Origin: Thermoplasmata archaeon
GTDB taxonomy: Archaea; Thermoplasmatota; Thermoplasmata; Lutacidiplasmatales; UBA184
DNA: 46,949 nucleotides
Reading direction: 5' to 3'
Assembly: GCA_021812305.1 (NCBI GenBank)
Contig: JAKAOB010000002.1
Location: 1 to 46,949, forward strand
Every line of letters begins with the position of its first letter. Within the stretch, counting starts at the first letter, position 1. Below the pieces are notes generated by a model. That model searched no databases. It was not told the DNA's origin and was given only the letters and a program-made list of their open reading frames with translations. Positions 8,299 through 17,123 of this stretch are shown here, piece by piece. Both the position numbers and the translations under genes were made by a program.

Positions 8299-8763
8299 CT
8301 ATCGGCCGGTGCTGCCGAACCCGCCCCGGCGCGACCCCATCGGCCGGACGGTCCCCGGTCGGAACACCGCGATACGGTCGGCGACCAAGCGGATCTGTCC
8401 GATCCGGTCGCCGACCTCGATCTCGTACGACCCCGGGAAGAGGTAGGTGAGGGGAACCTTCACCTCGCCGGCGTAGTCGCGGTCGATCGTGCCCGGGGCG
8501 TTCGCCATCAGGACGCCCTTCGTGCTGAGCCCGCTGCGGGGGCGGACCTCGAGAAAGGTGCCCGGTGGGGCGCGCATCCTCAGGCCCGTACGCACCAGGG
8601 TGATCTGGCCGTACGTGAGAGCCGCGGCCTCGGCCGCCCGGAGGTCAAAGCAGGCCGACCCGTCGGTCGCCCGAGCCGGCAGCGGGACCGACGCGGCGCC
8701 GTCCACCCTCTCCACGACGATTCGGCCCGGGCGCGCCACACCGGGGGACCGGCGTCCGTTCAT
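8299..8763 (-). CDS. dut: dUTP diphosphatase (trimeric dUTPase)
   Basis: Blocks ATDGSACFDL, RPRSGL, GTIDRDYAGEV and GDRIGQ, plus the C-terminal RRGGFGSTG motif V. Confidence 0.9.
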   Translation of the reverse strand: MNGRRSPGVARPGRIVVERVDGAASVPLPARATDGSACFDLRAAEAAALTYGQITLVRTGLRMRAPPGTFLEVRPRSGLSTKGVLMANAPGTIDRDYAGEVKVPLTYLFPGSYEIEVGDRIGQIRLVADRIAVFRPGTVRPMGSRRGGFGSTGR

Positions 8764-8801
8764 CTACCTTTTGGCGCGGGGGCGGGCCCCCCCTGCCCCG
8801 C

Positions 8802-9527
8802 TCAGGGGACGAGGTCCGTTGGACCTTCCGACGGGCCCCCGGTCTCCTCCGTGGAGAGCGCCCGCGCCACGAGAAGCCCCTCCGCCCGTCGAAGCATCTT
8901 CCCGAGCGCCGGCGGGCTTTGGCCTGTCAGGCGGGCGAGCCGTGTCAGGGTGATGCGACGCGGAACGGCGAAGTAGCCGAGGGTCCACGCGCGGGCGAGA
9001 ACCTCCCGCTGTCGGGCCGTGAGCCGGGCCTCGCCGGCGTCCGCGAGGTACGGGTGGGCGGAGGCGCGGACCACCCGGAACGGCATCTCCTGCCGCTGGA
9101 GCCAGCGCAGGACGCGGCGCAGCCAGCGCTCCTCACCGTGGAACGTGGCGACGACACGGGTCGGGGTGAGCCGGAACGGGATCGTCGGGGTGATGTGGCC
9201 CCCCGCGAGCTCGAGGAGGCGCTTGAGGCCGGGGGGGTTGCGTTGCCGCACGAGGAGGATGTAGTCCCGGGTCCGAGGGCGACGCTCGACCAGCTCCAGC
9301 CGCTGGAGCCCGTACAGGCTTCGGATGCGCCGGGACTCGCGCTCGAGCTCGGCGGCGCTCCGCAGGGCTCCGCGCCGTCGGACCCGCAGCAGCTGCAGCC
9401 GCCAGCCGTGCTCCAGCCGGAGGGTCTCGAGCAGCTCCACCTCCTCGTAGCGGGCGAAGAACCCCTCGGGGACGATCCCGAGGACTTCGAGATCCGGGGT
9501 GCGGAACTCGAGCGTGACGGTCTGCAT
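8802..9527 (-). CDS. HTH_10 (bacterio-opsin-activator-type) DNA-binding protein
   Basis: C-terminal LTARQREVLARAWTLGYFAVPRRITLTRLARLTGQSPPALGKMLRRAE is the Bat-type HTH signature. Transcribed divergently from ubiD. Confidence 0.7.
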   Translation of the reverse strand: MQTVTLEFRTPDLEVLGIVPEGFFARYEEVELLETLRLEHGWRLQLLRVRRRGALRSAAELERESRRIRSLYGLQRLELVERRPRTRDYILLVRQRNPPGLKRLLELAGGHITPTIPFRLTPTRVVATFHGEERWLRRVLRWLQRQEMPFRVVRASAHPYLADAGEARLTARQREVLARAWTLGYFAVPRRITLTRLARLTGQSPPALGKMLRRAEGLLVARALSTEETGGPSEGPTDLVP

Positions 9528-9587
9528 CGGCGCCGCCAGGGAGGGTTTCCGTATGAACCCGAGGCCGTTCGCGGCGGGTTCCCCGCC

Positions 9588-9595
9588 TTAAATAC
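9588..9595 (+). promoter_or_regulatory. TATA box for ubiD-ubiA
   Basis: TTAAATAC, 23-30 nt upstream of ATG 9618. Confidence 0.55.
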
Positions 9596-9617
9596 GCCGG
9601 CCGGCCTCCCGCCGGCG

Positions 9618-11099
9618 ATGGCGTTCCGGTCCCTGGGGGAGTTCCTGAACGAGCTCGAGTCGCGCGGCGACCTTTTGCGCGTCCGCTCGCCCGTCTCCCG
9701 GGACCTCGAGATCACCGAGGTGACCCAGCGGGCGGTGCGGAAGGACGGGCCGGCCCTCCTGTTCGAGAACGTTCCCGGGGCCACGATGCCCATCGCCATG
9801 AACGTCCTCGGCTCCCCCCGACGCATCGCCCTCGCCCTCGGGGCCGAATCGTTGGACGCCCCCGCCGAGCGCATCTCCCGCCTGGTCCATCTCCGGCCCC
9901 CGAGCGGGGTCCTGGGGGCGATCCGGGACCTCTCCGGTACGATCGAGGCGCTCGACACCTTGAGGAGCCTTGGACCCAAGCGGGTCCGTTCCGGCCCCTG
10001 CCAGGAGGTCGAGCTCGACCGCGTCGACCTCGACCGCCTCCCGATCCTGAGGTGCTGGCCGAACGACGGAGGGCGAACCATCACGCTCCCGGTCGTGATC
10101 ACGAAGGATCCCGAGACCGGCGAGCCGCACACCGGGATCTATCGGCTCCAGCAGTACGGTCCCGACACGCTCGGTATGCACTTCCAGGTGCACCGGATCG
10201 GGGCCCAGAACCACCGCAAGTGGGCCGCACGGGGCGAGCGGATGCCGGTCGCCGCCGTGATCGGGGCGGACCCCGCGACGGTCTTCGCGGGGCTTGCCCC
10301 GGTGCCCGAGGGGATCTCGAACTTCGTCTTCGCGAGCTTCCTTCGGAACGAGCCGCTCGAGCTCGTCCGCGCGCGGACCGTTGACCTCGAAGTACCGGCG
10401 CAGGCCGAGATCATCCTCGAGGGGTACGTCGACCCGTCCGAGCGCAAGATCGAAGGTCCGTTCGGCGACCACACCGGTTACTACTCCGCTCCCGAGCCGT
10501 TCCCGGTCTTCCACGTCACCCACGTGACGCACCGCGAGCGGGCGGTCTACCTCGGCACCGTGACCGGAAAGCCCCCCACCGAGGACGCCGTGCTCGGTAA
10601 GGCCGTCGAACGGGTCTTCCTGCCCGTCATCCGCCTCGTCCTCCCCGAGATCGTCGACATGAACCTCCCGATGGAGGGGCTGTTCATCAACCTCGGGATC
10701 GTCGCGATCCGCAAGCGCTACCCCGGGCACGCCCGCAAGGTGATGCACGCCCTCTGGGGGCTCGGGCAGATGATGTTCACTCGCTACCTCATCGTCGTCG
10801 ACGCGGAGGTCGACGTCCACAACCTGCGCGAGGTCCTCTACCGGGTGGCCCTCCAGGCCGACCCCGAACGGGACCTCGAGCTCGTCCATGGTCCGGTCGA
10901 CCAGCTGTCGATCTCGAATCCCGTGCCGAACTTCGGCGCCAAGATGGGGCTGGATGCGACCCGCAAGGGGCCCGACGACGGCTTTCCCCGGCCGTGGCCC
11001 GAGGAGATCGCCATGGACGCGGCGGTGACCCGACGGATCGACGAGCTCATCGCGCGCGACCCGGGCCTCGGGAGACTGGGCAGCCGCCCGGCGCCGTGA
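9618..11099 (+). CDS. ubiD: UbiD-family (prenyl-FMN dependent) decarboxylase
   Basis: Starts at ATG 9618 (MAFRSLGEFLNELESRGDLLRV), internal to track ORF 8919..11099. Has typical UbiD blocks (GIYRLQ, FGDHTGYY). TATA box at 9588-9595. Confidence 0.9.
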   Translation: MAFRSLGEFLNELESRGDLLRVRSPVSRDLEITEVTQRAVRKDGPALLFENVPGATMPIAMNVLGSPRRIALALGAESLDAPAERISRLVHLRPPSGVLGAIRDLSGTIEALDTLRSLGPKRVRSGPCQEVELDRVDLDRLPILRCWPNDGGRTITLPVVITKDPETGEPHTGIYRLQQYGPDTLGMHFQVHRIGAQNHRKWAARGERMPVAAVIGADPATVFAGLAPVPEGISNFVFASFLRNEPLELVRARTVDLEVPAQAEIILEGYVDPSERKIEGPFGDHTGYYSAPEPFPVFHVTHVTHRERAVYLGTVTGKPPTEDAVLGKAVERVFLPVIRLVLPEIVDMNLPMEGLFINLGIVAIRKRYPGHARKVMHALWGLGQMMFTRYLIVVDAEVDVHNLREVLYRVALQADPERDLELVHGPVDQLSISNPVPNFGAKMGLDATRKGPDDGFPRPWPEEIAMDAAVTRRIDELIARDPGLGRLGSRPAP

Positions 11100-11962
11100 A
11101 CGCCGCACCGGCCGGTCCGACCGCGGAGCTCGGACGGTTCCTCGAGATCCAGAACCTCGGCCTGAACCTCCCGTTCGCGCTCGCGTTCCTCCTCCTTGCG
11201 GCCCGGGGCGTTCCGTCGCTAGTGACGACCGGACTCCTCGTCCTCGCGTTCGTCGCCGCGCGCAACGCCGGCCACAGCTTCAACCGCTTCGCGGACCGGG
11301 AGCAGGATGCCCGGAACCCCCGTACGCGCGGCCGGGCCTTGGTCACCGGCCGGCTCAGCCCGGCCTTCGCCCTGGTCTTCACCGCCGTCAGCGCCGCGGT
11401 CATGGTCCTCGCCGCCGCGCTCCTCAACCCCCTGGCCCTCGCGCTCGCCCCGGTCGCGCTCGTCCTGATTCTCGGCTACAGCTACACGAAGCGGTTCACC
11501 TGGCTCACCACGGTCTTCCTCGGCCTGGTCGAGTCCATCACCCCGGCCGCGGCGTACGTCGGGGTCACCGGGACGCTTGCGCCCACGGTCCTCTTGGCCG
11601 TCGGGGCGATCCTTCTGTGGGGGACCGCGTTCGAGACGATCCACAGCCTGGGCGACCTCCCCGCCGATCTCGCGCTGGGCCTCCGGTCGCTGCCGGCGCG
11701 CTTCGGGGTCCGGCGCTCCGTCGCGCTGGTGCCGGTCCTGCACGCCGGTGCGCTCGCGCTGTTGGCGGCGTTCGGCGCGGCGGAACGTCTCGGGCTCGCC
11801 TACTTCGTCGCCCTGGCCGCCATGGGGGCGCTCGCCGCCCGGACGGACCGCGTGCTCGCCCTGCGCCCCGAGGAGGCGGCCAGGCCGTTCCGCGCCCACT
11901 TCGCGCTCGGGGCGCTCTTCTTGGCCGGCATCCTTATCGCGCTGTTCGTGCCGTTCCCCTGA
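11095..11962 (+). CDS. ubiA: UbiA-family aromatic prenyltransferase
   Basis: NRFADREQDARNPRTRGR (the NxxxDxxxD-type motif) and multiple TM helices. The GTG at 11095 overlaps the ubiD TGA (GTGA), suggesting translational coupling. Exact start is uncertain. Confidence 0.85.
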
Positions 11963-12018
11963 GGGGTTCGGCCAACCACTCCCATACTATTGAGAACACT
12001 ACGGGATTCGTAGGACAA

Positions 12019-12028
12019 CTAAATAAGG
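12019..12028 (+). promoter_or_regulatory. TATA-like box for the small gene at 12058
   Basis: CTAAATAAGG sits in a low-GC intergenic patch, 30-39 nt upstream of the ATG. Confidence 0.45.
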
Positions 12029-12057
12029 CGGAAGGGACTGGCCCGTTCGAGGCGAAG

Positions 12058-12414
12058 ATGCCGCAGGTGATGATTGGCCTCTCGGCCAGAGATTACCGAA
12101 CGACGAACGAAGTATGGCGAATGGCGAAGCGACACCTCAATCCGCTCGTCCGGAGGCGCATTGGTTGGCGCGGCCGCTCGAGCTTCCTCCGGCAGCTGAT
12201 CCTGTACGGGTTCGAGAAGGCGAGCGAGAACCCCGGGGAGTTCCTCCGCTCCGTCCGGGACACGCACGACCCGCTCGTGGGCAAGCGGGGCCGCTCCGAA
12301 GCGGGTGCGGATCGCCGCGAAACCCTCGTCACCACGTGGGAGTCGTTCTTCCCCGGGACCCCGCCGGCGGGCCGCCGCGGGAAGAAGGCCGCCAAGTCCG
12401 AGACCCCCTCGTAA
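12058..12414 (+). CDS. small hypothetical protein, possibly ribbon-helix-helix
   Basis: ATG 12058 lies 30-39 nt downstream of a TATA-like box. High third-position GC after the first 25 codons. The N-terminus VMIGLSARDY...EVWRMAKRHL...FLRQLILYGFEK resembles a strand-helix-helix, and the tail is basic. Confidence 0.6.
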   Translation: MPQVMIGLSARDYRTTNEVWRMAKRHLNPLVRRRIGWRGRSSFLRQLILYGFEKASENPGEFLRSVRDTHDPLVGKRGRSEAGADRRETLVTTWESFFPGTPPAGRRGKKAAKSETPS

Positions 12415-12423
12415 ACCCCGAAA

Positions 12424-12465
12424 GCGCCTTCCCCCCCCGGCGCTGCGCCCGGCGGGGGAAGGCGC
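12424..12465 (+). promoter_or_regulatory. strong GC-rich hairpin between the 12058 gene stop and the arcS homology region
   Basis: GCGCCTTCCCCC (12424-12435) pairs perfectly with GGGGGAAGGCGC (12454-12465), with further partial pairing inside. The hairpin begins 10 nt after the TAA stop. Confidence 0.5.
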
Positions 12466-12906
12466 ACGAACCGCTCCGTCGAGCGCTTAGAGGGGCTGCT
12501 CCTCGCAGGACGGGCCCGGGCCGGCGCGCTCAGCTTTCCGGTCCCGGCGCTGGGCAGCCTGCGCCCTCCCCGGAGCCCCGACGGGCGCTCGATCGATTTT
12601 GAGATCGCGTCCGACCCCACCGCGCCGGCGGGGCGCCGACGCCTGTCGCTGGCGACCGGCGACGCGCACCTCGACCTGGAGTATCCGATCCTGGCCCCGG
12701 AGATCTCGGGAGTTCCGGGCGCGGCCATCGAGGCGGCCCCCGGCGCCTGGCTGGTCCACGCCCCGCTCAGCGCCGAGGACCGCGACCGGCTGGCCAAGGC
12801 CCGACCGGAGCTCATCGTCCTCGCGAACGCGCGGAGTCTCTTCGCGGAGGGGGAGCCGTTCGTCGAAGCCCTCCGGGAGATCCGCGACAGCGCCGGCGCA
12901 CGCCCC

Positions 12907-14313
12907 GTGCTGTGGACCCCCCGGGTCGCGCTCCCCCACCGCCTCGCGCTCCTGAGCTACCTGGGCATCGACCTCGTCGACACGACCGAAGCGCTGTGGC
13001 GAGGCCAGCAGGGCGAGATCGTCGATGCCACGCTCGGTGTCGCGTCCGGACCGGACGCCCCGCGGAGCTGCCGCTGCCCGGCCTGCCGGGAGATGCCCGA
13101 GACCCCGGGGAGCGAGCACGCGCTGCACGCCATGCTCGACGAGATGGACCGGATCCGAGCGGTCGTTTCGGCCGGACGGCTGCGCGAGCTGGTCGAGGCC
13201 CGGCTCACCGCCGAGCCGTTGCTCGCCGAGATCCTCCGATATGCCGACCGCGACCTCCGAGGACTCCTCGACGAGCGGGTGCCCGTGGTGTCCTCGGTCC
13301 AGCGGGGGTACGTCCTGCGGGAATCGCAGCGGCGCCCGGAAGTGCTCCGCTTCCGCGCCCGGCTCCTGGAGCGCTACCGCCCTCCCGCTTCCAAGCGCTG
13401 CCTCCTCCTGGTCCCCTGCTCGAAGACCAAGCCGTACCGTTCCTCGCGCTCCCACCGGCGGTTCCAGCGGGCGCTCGAGGGGGTCCCCAACCTCGAACGG
13501 GTCCACACGGTGTCGGTTACCTCGCCCCTCGGTGTCGTGCCCCGTGAGCTCGAGGACACCTATCCGGCGCGTCACTACGACATCCCCGTGACGGGCGAGT
13601 GGGACGAGGCCGAGCGCGAGGCGGTCCGCGCGGCCGTGGGCCACCTGCTCTCCAAGGGCCGTTACGACCATACTGTCGTCCACCTCGACCCGATCGAGTA
13701 CGGCTTCCTCGCCGACCTGTTCGAGTCCGCCCCGAGGGTCACCTGGACCGCGACGGATCACCGGACCACGAGCGGTCCCGCGCTCGCCGCCCTTCGGTCC
13801 GCGGTCGAGCAGGCCGTGGGCGGTTCTCCGCCCACCCCCGGCGGCCCGCTCACGGTGGTCCGCGAGGAGCTCGCGCAGGTCGCCGCGTACCAGTTCGGGG
13901 CCGCGGCCGCCGAGCTCCTCTTCGCTGCCCCGGTCCGTCTCGCCGGCCGGCCGTGGTTCCAGCGGTTGACCGACGGAAACGGCACCGACCTCGCGACCTG
14001 GCGCGAGCCCCGCGGGCTCTTCCAGCTCACCGTGGCCGGTGGGCGCCGCCTGGCGCCCGCCCACCCCCTCGAGGTCCACCTCGACCCGAACGTCCGGCTG
14101 GCCGGCGACCTCTTCGCCCCCGGCGTCACCTCCGCCGACCCGGCGATCCGGGCCGGGGACGCGGTCCTCCTCGTCCAGAACGGCGAGCTGTTCGGGGTCG
14201 GCGAGGCGGCCCTGCCGGGGCGGCTGATGACGGAGCTCGGACGAGGGATCGCCGTGCACGTGCGCCATCGCGCACGGCCGGAAGCCCCCCCGACCCCACC
14301 GACACCCACATGA
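12907..14313 (+). CDS. arcS: archaeosine synthase ArcS (TgtA2-like); the conserved frame is open upstream to 12415
   Basis: Has the PC-x3-KPY signature (VPCSKTKPY), a CRCPAC zinc site, and a C-terminal PUA-like GDAVLLV...GELFGVGEAALPG. 12907 (GTG) is the first canonical start, but the TGT-like N-terminal homology continues about 150 codons further upstream (see findings). Confidence 0.8.
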   Translation: MLWTPRVALPHRLALLSYLGIDLVDTTEALWRGQQGEIVDATLGVASGPDAPRSCRCPACREMPETPGSEHALHAMLDEMDRIRAVVSAGRLRELVEARLTAEPLLAEILRYADRDLRGLLDERVPVVSSVQRGYVLRESQRRPEVLRFRARLLERYRPPASKRCLLLVPCSKTKPYRSSRSHRRFQRALEGVPNLERVHTVSVTSPLGVVPRELEDTYPARHYDIPVTGEWDEAEREAVRAAVGHLLSKGRYDHTVVHLDPIEYGFLADLFESAPRVTWTATDHRTTSGPALAALRSAVEQAVGGSPPTPGGPLTVVREELAQVAAYQFGAAAAELLFAAPVRLAGRPWFQRLTDGNGTDLATWREPRGLFQLTVAGGRRLAPAHPLEVHLDPNVRLAGDLFAPGVTSADPAIRAGDAVLLVQNGELFGVGEAALPGRLMTELGRGIAVHVRHRARPEAPPTPPTPT

Positions 14314-14336
14314 CGCTGCCGCGCACTGGGAGAACG

Positions 14337-14409
14337 GGGCCGGTCGTCTAGCGGTGAGGACGCCGCGCTTACAACGCGGAGATCGGCGGTTCGAATCCGT
14401 CCCGGCCCA
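14337..14409 (+). tRNA. tRNA-Val (anticodon UAC)
   Basis: I folded the cloverleaf by hand. Acceptor GGGCCGG/CCGGCCC. D-stem GUCU/GGAC. Anticodon stem CCGCG/CGCGG with loop CUUACAA. 5-nt variable loop. T-arm GGCGG-UUCGAAU-CCGUC. Discriminator A. No encoded CCA and no intron. Confidence 0.92.
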
Positions 14410-14522
14410 CTCGATCCTTGCGCTATACTACGGAGGCCCGTAAGTAGGTCCACTTCGGCTCGCCTCTCGGCCCTCTAAATATCCCCTCAGATGGCGCGGG
14501 CCAGTGGATCGCGCGGAGGCCC

Positions 14523-14975
14523 TCAAGGACGGCGTTGCGCCTTCTGTTGGGCGACGGCGAGGCGCAAAATATCGGCCGTCGCTGAATCGATGAAGTACAC
14601 CCCGGTTCTCGGTTTGGTGACAGAGAGGACGGCCCCGGCTCGTCCATAGCTACGAGAGACCGAAGCAGCGTCCAGCGAACACTCCTCAACGTGGCCCCAG
14701 AGTCCGAGCTTCATGGAGGTCAAGGACAACAATATCGAACGGGGCACCGCCAGCTTACTGAGGAGCAGGGTCGCGGCGAAAACGGCGATCAAGAGGGCGG
14801 CGGTGTACTCAAACAGGAACGTGCTTGAGGGCCGGTAGTACGGCGGCTCCGCAAGAAAGAGATAGATGGTCAACGGCAAGGTCACGGCCGTCACCGATCC
14901 CACTATCACGGGGAGAAATGTCCGCAACGGGTTAGGCGTAAGCTCCCGAGTCAGTGGCAGGGCCCCCGTCGCCAT
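14523..14975 (-). CDS. hypothetical membrane protein (2-3 TM helices plus a small soluble C-terminal domain)
   Basis: I prefer ATG 14975 (MATGALPL...). Two long hydrophobic segments. GC and third-position GC are lower than in neighbouring genes. Confidence 0.55.
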   Translation of the reverse strand: MATGALPLTRELTPNPLRTFLPVIVGSVTAVTLPLTIYLFLAEPPYYRPSSTFLFEYTAALLIAVFAATLLLSKLAVPRSILLSLTSMKLGLWGHVEECSLDAASVSRSYGRAGAVLSVTKPRTGVYFIDSATADILRLAVAQQKAQRRP

Positions 14976-15019
14976 GCGATTGCCCCTCTGTTGCGGAGTT
15001 GAGTAGACTCTCCCGAGTT

Positions 15020-15712
15020 CTAACCTCTTGACCCTGGCCTTGAAGCTCCTCCAATCAGCGCCCACTTCAGCCTTCGAAGAGCATCCCCGCGAAGCGCCCC
15101 CGTCCTACGAACGGTCCACTTCCAGCCCCCCACCCGATTCCACGGAAGCCCCAGCCGACGTGCCTCGGCGCGGCCCATCACGAGGAGGCGGCGCTTCCAG
15201 TCGATGAAGACCGAGGGGTCGGCGGAACCGGCCTTACCGAGCTTCAGGCGGGCGGTGAGCTGGGTGCCTTCTTTGCCGAGTCCGACGAGAGAAGGCTTCC
15301 GAACAAGGACATTGCGGCGGACGATATGGCCGTCCGTCCCGACCTCGTACTTCCGATCTCGGTGCTCCGCGTAAGCTTTGATGACGTGAGCCCACGTCTT
15401 CGCCCCGTCCTCCTCCGCGAGCGCGAGCCAAGCAGGCTCCTTCGCCGAGACGAACGGTCGCCGCTCAAACGTCTCAGCTCGTTCGAGGAGCGCGGCAGGG
15501 TCGAGGTAGCGTATCGTCAGGAAGCCGAACGGACGAATCCCATCGATCTTGCGTACGTGCGGGAGCAGTGCCGGTGTCTTCAACGCAAACTGCGCCGTCG
15601 CGGGAAGGTGGACGAAGTCTCCGAAGCCCTGTTCGCCGTCGCCCGAGGTTCGAGTCGGCCGTTCCCAAACCCTCTTCGTGAACGTCTCTCGGTCTTCTGG
15701 GACCTGAAACAT
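15020..15712 (-). CDS. hypothetical protein (ORFan)
   Basis: 230 aa with balanced amino-acid composition and no motif I recognise. Third-position GC is roughly 70 percent, against about 90 percent in core genes. Confidence 0.6.
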   Translation of the reverse strand: MFQVPEDRETFTKRVWERPTRTSGDGEQGFGDFVHLPATAQFALKTPALLPHVRKIDGIRPFGFLTIRYLDPAALLERAETFERRPFVSAKEPAWLALAEEDGAKTWAHVIKAYAEHRDRKYEVGTDGHIVRRNVLVRKPSLVGLGKEGTQLTARLKLGKAGSADPSVFIDWKRRLLVMGRAEARRLGLPWNRVGGWKWTVRRTGALRGDALRRLKWALIGGASRPGSRG

Positions 15713-16011
15713 CCTGAGACCGTGGTCAGACGCTCCCGTCTTGAAGACGACAGGCGCCCAGAGCGGTCGTGGGCGAACAGGCAGTAGCGTTTCGAGGTGA
15801 GCCCGAAGAATCGAGGATGCGAATCACGCGTAAGATTCCTCCTGGCATCCGCGGCATCCGAGCGGAGGCCACATAGCGGTGTTACCCCCCACTCGGTCCG
15901 ACGTATGGCCCCCGAACCGGCGTGGCCCGCCCGCTCCTATCTGACGAGGATGACCTCCCCACCTCGGAACTCCCCGGAGGGGGGCGTCGATCCCGTGCGC
16001 TCCGGGAGCCC

Positions 16012-16596
16012 CTAGCGTACGGTCTCGTAATGCAAGAACAGCTCGCCCGCCTCGAAGCGCCGGACCTCGACCAGGCGCAGGGTCTGCTGAGCTTCCATCT
16101 CGCCGAAGAACGCGTGTCCCTTGCCCAGGATCACCGGCGCGATCGCGAACAGGTACTCGTCGATGAGTCCCCGGCGCATGAGCTCCCGCCCCAGCGCCGG
16201 TGCGACCACGACCATGGCCTTGCCCGGCTCTCCTCGTAGCCGGGCCACCGCCGCCGCGACGTCGCCCTCAAGCGACCGCGAGCGGGCCCACGGGGTCGGT
16301 ACCGGCGAATCCGAGAGGACGACCTTCTGGGCCCTGTCGGCGAACTCGGACATCTGCCGAAACCACGGGTGTTCTCCCGTCGTGCGCTTGGACTGGGGCC
16401 AGAACTCCGCCCACTGATCGTAGGTTTCCCGGTCGAAGAGCAGCGTGTCAAAATCGCCCCAGCGCTCGACCCACATGGCCTCGGCCACCCGCTCGGGCTC
16501 CGAGGCCGGCGGTTCCGACCCGGGGTAGCTCGGAAACTCGTTGAATCCATCGAGGGTGAGGTACATGCTCAGCAGGATCTTCCGACGCGCGGGCAT
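16012..16596 (-). CDS. dihydrofolate-reductase-like (RibD C-terminal domain) family protein
   Basis: MPARRKILLSMYLTLDGF..., then ...GKAMVVVAPALGRELMRRGLIDEYLFAIAPVILGKG, the typical RibD_C/YyaP pattern. ATG 16596 is internal to the track ORF. Confidence 0.8.
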   Translation of the reverse strand: MPARRKILLSMYLTLDGFNEFPSYPGSEPPASEPERVAEAMWVERWGDFDTLLFDRETYDQWAEFWPQSKRTTGEHPWFRQMSEFADRAQKVVLSDSPVPTPWARSRSLEGDVAAAVARLRGEPGKAMVVVAPALGRELMRRGLIDEYLFAIAPVILGKGHAFFGEMEAQQTLRLVEVRRFEAGELFLHYETVR

Positions 16597-16604
16597 CGTC
16601 CGGT

Positions 16605-17054
16605 TCACCCGTCCTTCTTCGACCGAAGGTCGTGGCCGCTCTCGAGGACGGACTTCAGGTTCATCGCGAAGTAGGTCCAGCCCCACTCCGCGCCCCCGTA
16701 CAGCTCGACCCACTTCTCCTGGCGGGGGAATCCGGTGTGGGCGACGCGGAGCAACGTGCCGCCCTCCTGGGGCTCGACCTCGAGCGAAAAGACCGTCCCG
16801 TGGACGGGGACCCCGGGCCAGGTCCAGGCGAGGGCGATCCGGGTCCCGGGTACGAAGTCGACGATCGCCCCGGCATGGGTGGGCCCGTCCGTCCACCCGA
16901 GCCGGTAGGACCCTCCTTTCCGGGGAGATATCTCCGCGGAGTCGCAGAGCCAGCGGGTGAGCCCGGCCGCCTCGGTGAGCGCCCGGAAGACCGCGGTCGG
17001 AGCTGCCCGGATGAAGTACTGGTGTTCCACGGCACGGCCGGACCTCTCCGTCAC
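16605..17054 (-). CDS. SRPBCC / AHSA1-domain protein
   Basis: IRAAPTAVFRALTEAAGLTRWL...GGSYRLGW...GTLLRVAHTGF is the Aha1/START-like pattern. GTG start. Confidence 0.85.
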   Translation of the reverse strand: MTERSGRAVEHQYFIRAAPTAVFRALTEAAGLTRWLCDSAEISPRKGGSYRLGWTDGPTHAGAIVDFVPGTRIALAWTWPGVPVHGTVFSLEVEPQEGGTLLRVAHTGFPRQEKWVELYGGAEWGWTYFAMNLKSVLESGHDLRSKKDG

Positions 17055-17087
17055 GTTCCGACTCCGATGGGTCTATCGCCCCCTTGG

Positions 17088-17096
17088 GATTTAGCC
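17088..17096 (+). promoter_or_regulatory. TATA-like box for the HxlR regulator (69-nt divergent region)
   Basis: GATTTAGCC, 28-36 nt upstream of ATG 17124. Confidence 0.4.
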
Positions 17097-17123
17097 ACGT
17101 AAGGGAAACGAAGTAGGGCAGCG

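Noticed and set aside
12487-14268. Long antisense or out-of-frame ORFs. Examples are 12487..14268(-), 26982..29981(-), 38413..42408(-), 3644..5629(+), 3846..5414(-), 5164..6765(-), 9588..11108(-), 32352..34418(-), 32669..34939(+), 35031..36539(-) and 25109..26485(-).
   Set aside because: They overlap genes with clear family signatures on the other strand or in another frame. Their products are Arg/Pro/Gly/Ala-rich low-complexity strings. Stop codons are simply rare in all frames at this GC content.
15985-16010. Possible degenerate repeat of the tRNA-Val 3' end (GTCGATCCCGTGCGCTCCGGGAGCCC versus GGTTCGAATCCGTCCCGGCCCA), as an att site bounding the islet.
   Set aside because: Only a short, gapped resemblance around TCGA-TCCCGT. 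It is not convincing without a statistical alignment, and no integrase is present.
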